This document shows, in pieces, positions 1 to 8,920 of a DNA stretch of 64,000 nt. The position numbers and the translations under genes are program-made. How positions within the stretch are numbered: the stretch's first letter is position 1; each line of letters opens with the position of its first letter. The stretch is from the NCBI GenBank assembly GCA_020725175.1, contig DYFM01000004.1:20015-84014 (forward strand), written 5' to 3'. The DNA is from Candidatus Paceibacter sp. Lineage in GTDB: Bacteria > Patescibacteriota > Patescibacteriia > Magasanikbacterales > UBA922. The notes under the pieces are model-generated. The model saw only the letters and a program-made list of their open reading frames with translations. It did no database searches and was not told where the DNA came from.

Positions 1-107
1 GGAACGTCGGTAATATGAAGAGGTGGGTGTTTGTCATCACCATCACAGGTATAGTGCGGAGGAATATAGGAATTTGGCATAAACGCCGGGCTGGTAAGTT
101 TCATCAT
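1..107 (-). CDS. YbhB/YbcL (PEBP, Raf kinase inhibitor-like) protein, 5' part only (runs off window edge)
   Basis: Minus-strand translation from ATG at 107: MMKLTSPAFMPNSYIPPHYTCDGDDKHPPLHITDVP, matching the typical LTSPAF..IP..YTCDG...PPL N-terminus. Confidence 0.85.
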   Translation of the reverse strand, partial: MMKLTSPAFMPNSYIPPHYTCDGDDKHPPLHITDV

Positions 108-254
108 ATAGGATCGGTTAAAAAAAGTTTTTTTCTAAAAAAGAAGAAACACATGGTTGGTATATCCCTGTTTGAAATGATGTGGTACTACATCGTTGTT
201 ACTATTTTGTTACTATGTAGTATAGAGGTATACCAAAGAAATGCAAGGGAAAGA

Positions 255-1607
255 TTAGATGATATCTAATACGCAGAGCCCTTCAATGTGTGGTGTGCGA
301 GGAAAAAAATTGTACAACTTGAGAAACGAGATTTTGTAGGCTTGTCCAAGAAGTCGTATATCACGAGCATGTGTGGCAATGTCGCAGGAGAGATAAATGA
401 TGCGGGGCGGTCGTTTGATGAGAAGTTGTTTTACCACCTCTTGATGGAGTCCGGCTCGGGGTGGGTCGACAATAATCATTGTATTTTCCGCAATGATCTC
501 GGTTATCTTTTCAGCTGGTATACAGCGCGCTTCTGTGTATTGACGACGATTTAAAACAATATTTTCTTTAGCGTATTGAATCGCTTCCTCATTATTGTCC
601 ACCAAAACAGCTTGTTCACGATTGAGTGATAGTGGCAGGCTGATAGATCCGACACCGCTATAGAGGTCAATGATCGGTATGGTCGGGTGCAAAAACGCTG
701 CAATATCCTTGAGTGCCAGCTCAAAAACCGGAACATTTACTTGAAAAAAACTGAGTGCACCAAACTTGAGTGTTGTTCCTAAAAGATGTTCTGTCAAATA
801 ATCTTGTCCGGCAGAGTACAACAATTTGGTTGGTACAGACGCCGGACTTTTGTGCGTGGAATAATAGAGTTGAAAGCCTACCATTGTTTCATTCAGATTT
901 GGATAAGCATCAAAAGACAGTTCGTCTTTGATAAACAGTGCGGCAATCGTAGACCGCTTCGCATCTTTCTTTGTTAAAGAGTCAGTAGAATGATCTCCTT
1001 CTCTGCTCTGAAGCGTGTTGGGAGGTGGAGCAGGCACATCGGCACTTCGAATGATGATACTCTTCAAGCTTCGCATGGAAATTTGGTGCTGGTTGATCCA
1101 TTGTAATATTGACGTGGCTGTTTCGTTGATTTCGTTGGTAGCGAGTGCTGACCCTGAAACCGCAAATCGTTTCTTTTTTCCTCGTTCGAAAAATGCTAGT
1201 GAGATGGTACCATCATCACATTCGGTAAAACTAAATTCCATTTTGTTGCGATACCCATACATGATGTCATCGCTTGCAATTGATATATCTTGTGGACGTA
1301 AAATCAAATCACCGATTTTGGAATACGTTTCCGTGGCAATAGCTCGTTTCCAATAGTGCTCACGATCCGGGTCAAGTATTTGCCATGGACTGGTGGAGAG
1401 AAATGATGGTTCGGTGGGGGTAATTCGTTCCGGGGACGGGTTGAGAATTGTTGTCGCAACCGCCTCAATAATATTGGCTTTCTTTTTCAAAATTTCCACC
1501 TCCACCTCTTCGCCCGGCAACGCATTCCAAACAAACCATGTTTTCCCATCATGGCGAGCGAGGCCTTGGCCGCCATGAACAAGTTTTTCGATAAGAAGTT
1601 TTTGCAT
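255..1607 (-). CDS. rlmD: 23S rRNA (uracil-C5)-methyltransferase, RlmD/RumA family with TRAM domain
   Basis: TRAM (IEKLVHGGQGLAR..FV.NALPGEEV), YRNKMEF, SFFQVN, DLYSGVG, VDPPRAG, YLSC and FFPRTPHIE motifs. Confidence 0.88.
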   Translation of the reverse strand: MQKLLIEKLVHGGQGLARHDGKTWFVWNALPGEEVEVEILKKKANIIEAVATTILNPSPERITPTEPSFLSTSPWQILDPDREHYWKRAIATETYSKIGDLILRPQDISIASDDIMYGYRNKMEFSFTECDDGTISLAFFERGKKKRFAVSGSALATNEINETATSILQWINQHQISMRSLKSIIIRSADVPAPPPNTLQSREGDHSTDSLTKKDAKRSTIAALFIKDELSFDAYPNLNETMVGFQLYYSTHKSPASVPTKLLYSAGQDYLTEHLLGTTLKFGALSFFQVNVPVFELALKDIAAFLHPTIPIIDLYSGVGSISLPLSLNREQAVLVDNNEEAIQYAKENIVLNRRQYTEARCIPAEKITEIIAENTMIIVDPPRAGLHQEVVKQLLIKRPPRIIYLSCDIATHARDIRLLGQAYKISFLKLYNFFPRTPHIEGLCVLDII

Positions 1608-1734
1608 ATGTCTATCGAATATATTCTTTGGGTAAAGTATTTGATGTGTCCATCCTACCGTAGTACGCGTACTTTTTCAAGCAAGAACCATCGGCTATTG
1701 ACCGATGGTTCTTGCTGACGGGAAGGTGTGGGAG

Positions 1735-2175
1735 TTATTCATCTGTTCGAATGTCTCGTTGCAGGCGTTCCAGTAAGTTGTTGAATCTCTGAAGAGCGTC
1801 GGCACTGTTTGTGCGTACTGCCTGTTCAACTTGTTCAAACTCTTGATCGATTTCGCGAATTTCTTGACGGGTTTCAATTTGAAGTTCAACCGCTTCTGCC
1901 TGAAGTTCTGCTTGAATTTCATTGATTTCGGTGGCTATTTCATCTACATTTTCTTCAGCAACCAAACGAGCGCGAAGAGCCAGGAGTTCCAATCTCGCTT
2001 CCAAAAGAGCGGCACGAATTTGCACGGTGCGAACGGCTTCTTGAGTTTCTTGTTCAACTGTTGGAAGTACATCCTGACCAGCTCGGTTGAAGGCTGTCCA
2101 GCCGAGAATCAATGCGACAATAGCGATAATAAGCGCGATCCATGAGATGGTAGTGGTTTTGGTATCTGTTGCCAT
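1735..2175 (-). CDS. Hypothetical membrane-anchored coiled-coil protein
   Basis: 146 aa; N-terminal TM segment (WIALIIAIVALILGW) followed by an E/Q/R-rich helical region. Confidence 0.75.
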   Translation of the reverse strand: MATDTKTTTISWIALIIAIVALILGWTAFNRAGQDVLPTVEQETQEAVRTVQIRAALLEARLELLALRARLVAEENVDEIATEINEIQAELQAEAVELQIETRQEIREIDQEFEQVEQAVRTNSADALQRFNNLLERLQRDIRTDE

Positions 2176-2301
2176 AGGCCTGTGAAAGATTAGTAAACAA
2201 AGGCGGAGGCAATTTTTTTATCTTGTGTATAGGACAAAAGACGTGTGCCTATCTATACGGTATAGTACCAGCATTAGAAAAGAAGTCAAATGAGAGAAAA
2301 A

Positions 2302-3192
2302 TCAAAAAAAGCGTTTCCGAAACTTTTCTGTCCAGGTAGCCTGTTCGGACAGAATCGGCCGTTTATTTTTTTTGGTATACACGTACAGAAATGTTGCTCC
2401 TAGAAACAACACTTGCGCGGAGTAGTAAACCCATAAAATGAGAAGAATAACTGAACCGGCGGCTCCGTAAAAAGAAATAAGATTACTGTGTGAGAGATAG
2501 AGAGACATTAGCGACTTTCCCAAAATAAACATCAGTCCGGTACCGAGTCCTCCAATCAACGCGTCTTTGAATCGTAGCGAGCTTTCGGGGAGAAGAAAAA
2601 ATAAAAAGGTAAAGAAAAAAATGATGAGGATAGAGGAGATAATGAAACTGAGCGTACTGAAAAATACCAAGGGAAGAGGAGTGGTCGTAAGAACCGATTG
2701 AGCGAGAGAAAGAATAGTTTCGGAGAGAACGGCTGTCAAAAACAATCCGCCGCCAACAAACACCATGACGCTTGATAATATTCGTGCGGCTACACGGTGA
2801 CGAACCGAGCGGTCTTTTGGTGATGCTATATGCCAAACATCATGCAAAGCTTTTTTGAGATGCCCAAACAAGGTGGTGGCAATAAAGAAGAAAATAATCA
2901 AACTTATGCTTCCGGCAATACTACTTACCTCCGGCTGTGGAAGCCTTTGGATTATTTGTTCTACGGCACTAGCTACGGTAGGGGTAATAAACGCGCTGAT
3001 TTGAGCTAATAATTGATCACGAGTAACTTGTTCGCCTAGGATAATTGCCAACAGCGAAATGAGAACAATGAGCAAGGGAGGGAGCGCTAGAATCGCATAA
3101 AACGATAGTGCACTGCCAAGACGGGAGACATTATCATCTTTCCACTTGGAATACACTGATGCAAAAAAAGTTTTACCACTGGCGAGGCGCAT
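2302..3192 (-). CDS. YihY/virulence factor BrkB family membrane protein
   Basis: DNVSRLGSALSFYAILALPPLL and YGAAGSVILLILWVYYSAQVLFLGA motifs; start placed at MRLASGK (uncertain). Confidence 0.88.
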   Translation of the reverse strand: MRLASGKTFFASVYSKWKDDNVSRLGSALSFYAILALPPLLIVLISLLAIILGEQVTRDQLLAQISAFITPTVASAVEQIIQRLPQPEVSSIAGSISLIIFFFIATTLFGHLKKALHDVWHIASPKDRSVRHRVAARILSSVMVFVGGGLFLTAVLSETILSLAQSVLTTTPLPLVFFSTLSFIISSILIIFFFTFLFFLLPESSLRFKDALIGGLGTGLMFILGKSLMSLYLSHSNLISFYGAAGSVILLILWVYYSAQVLFLGATFLYVYTKKNKRPILSEQATWTEKFRKRFF

Positions 3193-3276
3193 AGTACGTG
3201 GGGTACATATCAAATGAAAGAAATTGCCTTTTTTGAAAGTATAGCAAAAAAAGCTGTGTTATTCCAGGATATATAC

Positions 3277-3747
3277 CTATGATACTCGATACTGGGGCAC
3301 TTGCTGTTGAAGAATTTTTGTGGCGAGTGTGTATAGATCTTGTTCATCCTTGTGTACCACATTTCCATATGTGTACATAATTGATATATTTGGTAGGTGG
3401 TCATGGAAATATCGAGATACAATGTTTTTTTCCGTGACTGGAACGGTTACAACCATATGACGGTACTCATGTTCTCTCCATAATGCAGCAGTTTGTTCCG
3501 CTACGGATTTGAAGTGGTGCTTGGCTTCTTCTTGCCAAGTCCAGTTGTCATGACTTGGTGCTCCGGCACGAACTGTGGTTCCACCGCGACCACTGGTTCG
3601 AAAAAATCCTTCATTATCAGAATACGTACTTTGGGGTTCGTGCAATTCGGTTATCTTTTGTATAGATCCTTCTTCTATGTAGTACCAGACTGCGGTATGT
3701 GTATTGGTACAGAGATATAAAATAGGATATCGAGTTACATAGCGCAT
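3277..3747 (-). CDS. Host-attachment / bacterial aeRF1-like (baeRF) domain protein
   Basis: 156 aa; YSDNEGFFRTSGRGG..G.P followed by EEAKHHFKSVAEQ...YRHMVVTVP resembles the release-factor-like Host_attach domain. Confidence 0.55.
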   Translation of the reverse strand: MRYVTRYPILYLCTNTHTAVWYYIEEGSIQKITELHEPQSTYSDNEGFFRTSGRGGTTVRAGAPSHDNWTWQEEAKHHFKSVAEQTAALWREHEYRHMVVTVPVTEKNIVSRYFHDHLPNISIMYTYGNVVHKDEQDLYTLATKILQQQVPQYRVS

Positions 3748-4313
3748 AAAAAAGATTTAGGAGAATAATGAAGTAATAGTAGGTGTATGATTGATGGATA
3801 CCTCCAAGAAAGAAAGGTGGAGTTCATGTATAAACAAAAAAAACTGCCAAATGGCATCCAATTGTCTGCATAACATGTTCTATGTACCACCTTTTCCCTT
3901 TTTCCCCATGGACTTGGGTATGTGATTGGTTTGTCCAAAAATAGAAAACAGAAGTATATGATAGTTTCATTCATTTTAGGTCGTCATAGTGGCGACAGTT
4001 TCCGGGCTGTCACCGTTATCATGAAGGCGCCCGAACCATAACTCGTGTTTACCGCAATATGTGCCTCCGCATATTGGGTAGACAGTCGTGGTCCGAGCCG
4101 CCTTCTGATAATCGGCATACCATCCTCATTCATAACGGTCTTTCATTGTGTACGATTCTCCCAGTCGGCCGAGATATAGCTCAGTGAGGTGCATCACCGC
4201 ATGCTACCTACTCAAACCTTCCAGCAAGAGGTATCAATGAAATATATTGTTTCATATCACACGGCGTACAGAAATGTTCACCGCGGTTGATATGTAAAAA
4301 GGGAAGGGGCGGT

Positions 4314-4655
4314 TCAATGCAGACCATCGGATGTGATACCGTTTCTTTCCAATACATCTTCAATCAAGATTACTGAGCGGTTGTACTCCTGTATTAAGCC
4401 TTGCCAGGCATCGTCCAACCGGTGTTTCTTGTCTATCCACTTGGTGTGATCGCGTTGACTATTCTCAAGAAGCTCATCAAGAAGTCGTTGGCGTTCTTTT
4501 CGTAGTAGGAGTATTTTTTGCAGAACCTGCGACCGCTTATCGGAGTATGAATGGAGAGTTTTTTGTTCCAACTGGTCAATTTTTTTCCCCAGATTAACCA
4601 ATTTTATCTCCATTTGTTGCCGGTAAATGTGTTCTATGGTCATAAGAAGGTTCAA
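4314..4655 (-). CDS. Hypothetical coiled-coil protein
   Basis: ~110-aa helical ORF (YRQQMEIKL..IDQLE..W...K..LDDAW..L); true start probably the ATG a few codons in. Confidence 0.6.
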   Translation of the reverse strand: MNLLMTIEHIYRQQMEIKLVNLGKKIDQLEQKTLHSYSDKRSQVLQKILLLRKERQRLLDELLENSQRDHTKWIDKKHRLDDAWQGLIQEYNRSVILIEDVLERNGITSDGLH

Positions 4656-4894
4656 GGTTTGTTTTTGTTGCTCAGTGTATGTACCATAACAATTCTACTT
4701 TTAGCTGTCAAGTATATATTGAAAAAGTTATACACATTTATAAATAATATCATGTAATTTATATAAAAATAGAAAAAGTTTATCTACAGGTTGGGTAAAA
4801 AAATTGATTGATTAAGTCTAAATACTGTGGTATGATTTTAATGTACCTGAGACAAGCGTTGAAGGTATGAAATTTTTACAGAACATCAACCGGT

Positions 4895-6169
4895 ATGATT
4901 CGTAGTCTTATCAATCACCACATTCTCAGTGATCTCGAAAAAGAGAGCCTTTTTATCATTCAGGGATCACGCGGAGTGGGAAAGACTGAGCTTTTGCAAG
5001 AGTTGCAGCAAACTTTTCAAGCTCAAGGCAGAACCGCTGTACTGATCGACGTGTATCGAGAACGATTTAGTCCAAAGTTTGATTCACCGGAACGTTTTTA
5101 CGATTTTTTGCGCAACAATTTTTCCATGTCAGAAAAAGAGCCGTTATATCTTCTGTTTGATAATGTCAACGCACTTGATAAAATTGCTCACTTTCTGGCG
5201 TATCTACATGATATTTTAGGGAGAACCGTAAAATTGTTTTGTACCACCTCTATTGCGCTAGGTTCGGTGGTGTTGGATGAAAAAACCAAAAAAGAAGCCC
5301 GAGTGTATACGCTTCATCCATATTCTTGGTATGAATACATGAGTGTTGTTTCCGATCATGTATATGATGTTTCTTTGCCATGGAACAATGAATCAGCTTT
5401 GCGAGACTTTTATAAAACTCACCAACGAGATCTGGAGAAGCAGTTTCCGGCATATTTGCGCTGGGGTGGATATCCGCAAGTCGTGCGAGCAAAAAATTCC
5501 GCAGCCAAGCAAGAAGCGATGCACGAGGTGATTGATAATTATTTGGAGCGAGATGCAACATACTTTTTGCGTACGCCACAGTTGAGAACCTTTTTGTCTT
5601 TTTTGCGGTTACTGGCAACAGAATCTACAGAACTGTTCAACCATGATGATGTAAGTATGCGGTTGCGATTGCACAAAAAGACGCTGGCGAAGTATGTCCA
5701 CATTGCGTCTTCTACATTTATGTTCAACTTTATTCCACCGTTTTTTACCGATGGGAGAAGAGAAATGAGTAAAATGATGAAGATTTATCCGCACGATCTT
5801 GGCCTTACTTCCACTCTATCCGGTGGAGTGCAGGTGCGTTATGGAGAAGAAGTGTTTGATGAAACCATGATAAAAAACTTTGTCTTCACTGAACTAAACA
5901 AAAATCGAACTATAAAGCAACTACAGTTTTACCGTACAATTGCAAAAGCCGAGATTGATTTTGTTGCTCATGTTGATGACAATCATGTCATGCCAATTGA
6001 AATAGCGTGGCGTCAAGGCAAGCAAAAAGCATCGGTAGCTATGAAAAATTTTGTAAAAAAATATGAAGATCGGGTGAAGCAGGTTGTAGTTTTGACCCAG
6101 GATGATTTGCGACAAGAAGGAAAATATTTGTTTGTACCGGTACTGGTACTTCCATTTTTGGAATTTTGA
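4895..6169 (+). CDS. ATP-binding protein, AAA_14 + DUF4143
   Basis: Walker A GSRGVGKT, WGGYP, C-terminal YRTIAKAEIDFV; Walker B reads FDN rather than DE. Confidence 0.85.
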   Translation: MIRSLINHHILSDLEKESLFIIQGSRGVGKTELLQELQQTFQAQGRTAVLIDVYRERFSPKFDSPERFYDFLRNNFSMSEKEPLYLLFDNVNALDKIAHFLAYLHDILGRTVKLFCTTSIALGSVVLDEKTKKEARVYTLHPYSWYEYMSVVSDHVYDVSLPWNNESALRDFYKTHQRDLEKQFPAYLRWGGYPQVVRAKNSAAKQEAMHEVIDNYLERDATYFLRTPQLRTFLSFLRLLATESTELFNHDDVSMRLRLHKKTLAKYVHIASSTFMFNFIPPFFTDGRREMSKMMKIYPHDLGLTSTLSGGVQVRYGEEVFDETMIKNFVFTELNKNRTIKQLQFYRTIAKAEIDFVAHVDDNHVMPIEIAWRQGKQKASVAMKNFVKKYEDRVKQVVVLTQDDLRQEGKYLFVPVLVLPFLEF

Positions 6170-6211
6170 ACATGTGGATAGTACGGATGGTAACGCTGAT
6201 TATGCGGATAA

Positions 6212-6238
6212 AAAAACGAGAATAACTCTCGTTTTTTT
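6212..6238. terminator. Bidirectional rho-independent terminator between convergent genes
   Basis: AAAAAACGAG-aataact-CTCGTTTTTT, an A-tract/stem/T-tract. Confidence 0.6.
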
Positions 6239-6317
6239 GTAATATTTTTTCGGCTTGGGTGTTCTTGGGGGTGCTGTATTGTCGATGGGAATACTATTGT
6301 AGAATGTAAATACGTAT

Positions 6318-6424
6318 GTAGTGTAGTGGTGGAGTGATGAAATGATGTAGTGTTGTAGTGATGTAGTGGTGTAGTGTATTAGTGTTGCGGTGCTACTGAG
6401 TGATAATGTCATTATGCTGTAACG
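6318..6424 (-). repeat. Degenerate 8-bp tandem array (CACTACAN) running through the iscS stop codon
   Basis: Minus strand reads cgttacag cataatga cattatca ctcagtag caccgcaa cactaata cactacac cactacat cactacaa cactacat catttcat cactccac cactacac. Confidence 0.7.
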
Positions 6425-7604
6425 CTTGTGTCAACTTTGCCAGCGTGCGAACGGTGTATACAATATCTTTTTTGGTTGTCTTTTTCCCCATAGTAAAGCG
6501 AAGGGAAGAAGCTGCATCTTTGGGATTTCTTCCGATCGCAGACAGTACATGAGAAGCTTCTGGCTCTCCGGTGGCGCAAGCAGAGCCGCTGGAACAATAA
6601 ATACCGTACGCATTGAGATAGATGATGAGTGCTTCGGCATCTACACCTGGAATGAGGACATTGACATTGTTCACCAATCGTTGACCTGATTGTAATCCCG
6701 GCCCATTGTAAAGAATTGAGGGAATATGTTGTTGAAGTTGATACCAAAAATACTGTTGCAGATCAGCCAATCGGCGAACTTCTTTTGATTTATGTTTTTC
6801 CGCAAGAGCAAGAGCGGTGGCTATCCCAACAATGCCGGGAACATGTTCAGTTCCACTTCTCAGGTGCATTTCTTGTCCGCCACCATAGAGTAGTGGGGTA
6901 AGAGTTGTATGCTTTCTTTTATAGAGCACGCCAATTCCTTTTGGACCGTAGAGTTTGCTTCCATTAAACGAGAGTAAGTCTACATGTAACTTTTCAACAT
7001 CAAGTAAGAGTGTAGTGGTTGCTTGGGATGCATCAGTATGAAAGTATGGGAAGACTGTTTTGTTCTCTTTCCTGTGCTTTAAAATCATTCTTCCAATATC
7101 GGCAAGCGGATATATGGTACCAATTTCATTGTTGGCATACATGAGAGACACAAGAATCGTTTCCTTTTTCAGAGCCTTTTTCAAACTTGTTAGAGAAAGT
7201 TGACCGTCCGTATCTACCGGAAGGTATGTAACTTCAAAACCTTCGTTTTCGAGTACTCGTAGCGCTTCCAACGCAGCCGGGTGTTCTACCCGAGAAGTAA
7301 TGATGTGGTTACCGTGTTTATGGTGTGCGCGAGCGGTACCGAGTATCGCGGTATTGATAGACTCAGTTGCGCCGCTGGTAAAAAAAATACTGTACGGTTC
7401 GGTGTGAAGAATGTCTGCTATGGTGCGCCGGGCAGTTTGGATAGCGTTGCTAGCTACTACTCCAAGGGAGTGAAGTGAAGAAGGGTTACCATAGTATTTT
7501 GTAAAGTACGGCAGCATCGCTTTTACGACTTTTGGGTCCGTGGGGGTGGTGGCAGCATGGTCGAGATAGATGTGGGGGATTTTTTTTGGTTTAGGAGGAA
7601 GCAT
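6393..7604 (-). CDS. iscS: Cysteine desulfurase, IscS/NifS family
   Basis: YLDHAATTP, GNPSSLH, FTSGATES, NNEIGT, PLP lysine in SKLYGPKG, catalytic SSGSAC. Confidence 0.93.
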   Translation of the reverse strand: MLPPKPKKIPHIYLDHAATTPTDPKVVKAMLPYFTKYYGNPSSLHSLGVVASNAIQTARRTIADILHTEPYSIFFTSGATESINTAILGTARAHHKHGNHIITSRVEHPAALEALRVLENEGFEVTYLPVDTDGQLSLTSLKKALKKETILVSLMYANNEIGTIYPLADIGRMILKHRKENKTVFPYFHTDASQATTTLLLDVEKLHVDLLSFNGSKLYGPKGIGVLYKRKHTTLTPLLYGGGQEMHLRSGTEHVPGIVGIATALALAEKHKSKEVRRLADLQQYFWYQLQQHIPSILYNGPGLQSGQRLVNNVNVLIPGVDAEALIIYLNAYGIYCSSGSACATGEPEASHVLSAIGRNPKDAASSLRFTMGKKTTKKDIVYTVRTLAKLTQALQHNDIITQ

Positions 7605-7621
7605 AAGGAGTGAAATTGAGA

Positions 7622-7666
7622 AACGTATAAAACCGATAAAACTTGTAAAACAGATAAAACTTTTAT
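7622..7666. repeat. Degenerate 9-bp tandem array (ATAAAACNN)
   Basis: aacgtataaaaccgataaaacttgtaaaacagataaaactttt; related arrays at 10199-10218 and about 10295-10350. Confidence 0.6.
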
Positions 7667-7838
7667 ATTAGAAAAAGAAGTTTTATAATAGGGGTTCGTA
7701 TGAATTGGTGTATGTTCTGAATTGTACGATAATTTGGCACTATCATAACATGGAGTGAATGGAAGTTCAATTTTTCTTTTCATGATGAAAAAACCGACCA
7801 AGCGGTGGTCGGAAGTAGGAGGGTAGACAGGTGGTTTT

Positions 7839-8300
7839 TTATTGTTCTGTACTTAGGAGTGAATCAATGGTAGTGGCAATTTCTTCCGGTTTGGTGATAA
7901 GTGCTTCCGGGTTTGATTGATTGAGAAGGTACCGATCTTCCATTCCCCAGGTTACCGCAATACTTCGGACATTGATGCGATGGGCAGCCTCAACATCAAC
8001 ACGTCTGTCAGTAACAAAAAAGGCATGATCTTTGGCAACGTGATAGAGGTCGAGCGCGTGTTGCATTTGTTCGGCTTTGGTTACTCCAGCTTCGTAGCCG
8101 ACAACATCAGCAAAGCAAGAGAGGAGATGGTGTTCTCTCAGTACATCTTGAATAGCTTCTCTTGTGGTGGAGGAAATAATAATGAGCGTAAATTGTTTAC
8201 TGAGTTCTCGGATCGATTCTTCCATTCCTTCAACAACAGCACCTCGAACAACAATGGTACCGGCGTAGTCAAAAAAAATGATAGGGCGACCGAGGGGCAT
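7839..8300 (-). CDS. HAD-superfamily hydrolase (short, HAD_2-like)
   Basis: FFDYAGT, IISS, K and VTDRRVDV motifs; SIAVTWG. Confidence 0.8.
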   Translation of the reverse strand: MPLGRPIIFFDYAGTIVVRGAVVEGMEESIRELSKQFTLIIISSTTREAIQDVLREHHLLSCFADVVGYEAGVTKAEQMQHALDLYHVAKDHAFFVTDRRVDVEAAHRINVRSIAVTWGMEDRYLLNQSNPEALITKPEEIATTIDSLLSTEQ

Positions 8301-8413
8301 AGAAAAGTGCTTGTCATGAATAAAAAAAGTCGATAGGACTAAAAAGTAAACAAGACTATGTGTTAGATTCTATCGTAAACTATTTTTTTTCAATTGGCAA
8401 CAGTTTGGATGTA

Positions 8414-8920
8414 TTATGATAAAGAAAGAGCGAACGTAAATAGATCATCTCCTTTTTGGTAAAAGTGTTTAATACGCCCTACTTCTTTAAAACCAAGTTT
8501 CTGATACACCGTCCTAGTGCGGCGATAGTGAGGGGTGCCGGAGGTTTCGGCACGGAGCACGAGTGCACCTTTTGGTTGTAATGTAGCGATAAGGGAATTG
8601 AGGAGTTGGCGCGCTATTCCTTGTCCTTGAAATTTGGGATGAACAGCGAGCCAGTAGAGATCATAGGTGGTTTTGGTAAGTGGTGTTGGTCCAAAACAAA
8701 CATAACCAACAATGTGTTGATTATGTTTGGCTACTAACACATGATATCCATGTTTACGACTATCTTTGAGAGCAAGGCGGATGAGATCACAGGCCACTTT
8801 TTTTTCTGAACTGGAAAACTCAGAAATGCTGTCAATCAAACTGTATAGAGCTCGACGGTCAGCCGGTTTTGCGTTGGTGGTATGAAAGATTTGTGATGAG
8901 CGAAGTGGTGTGTGTTTCAT
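8414..8920 (-). CDS. GNAT family N-acetyltransferase
   Basis: YDLYWLAVHPKFQGQGIARQLL acetyl-CoA motif; ETSG..Y..TR..Y.KLGF; start overlaps the upstream stop (ATGA). Confidence 0.88.
   Translation of the reverse strand: MKHTPLRSSQIFHTTNAKPADRRALYSLIDSISEFSSSEKKVACDLIRLALKDSRKHGYHVLVAKHNQHIVGYVCFGPTPLTKTTYDLYWLAVHPKFQGQGIARQLLNSLIATLQPKGALVLRAETSGTPHYRRTRTVYQKLGFKEVGRIKHFYQKGDDLFTFALSLS

Noticed and set aside
3975-4195. TGA read-through or alternative genetic code 25
   Set aside because: Well-supported genes end in TGA (for example 4895-6169 and 8917-10110) and long ORFs translate fully under code 11, so there is no support for recoding
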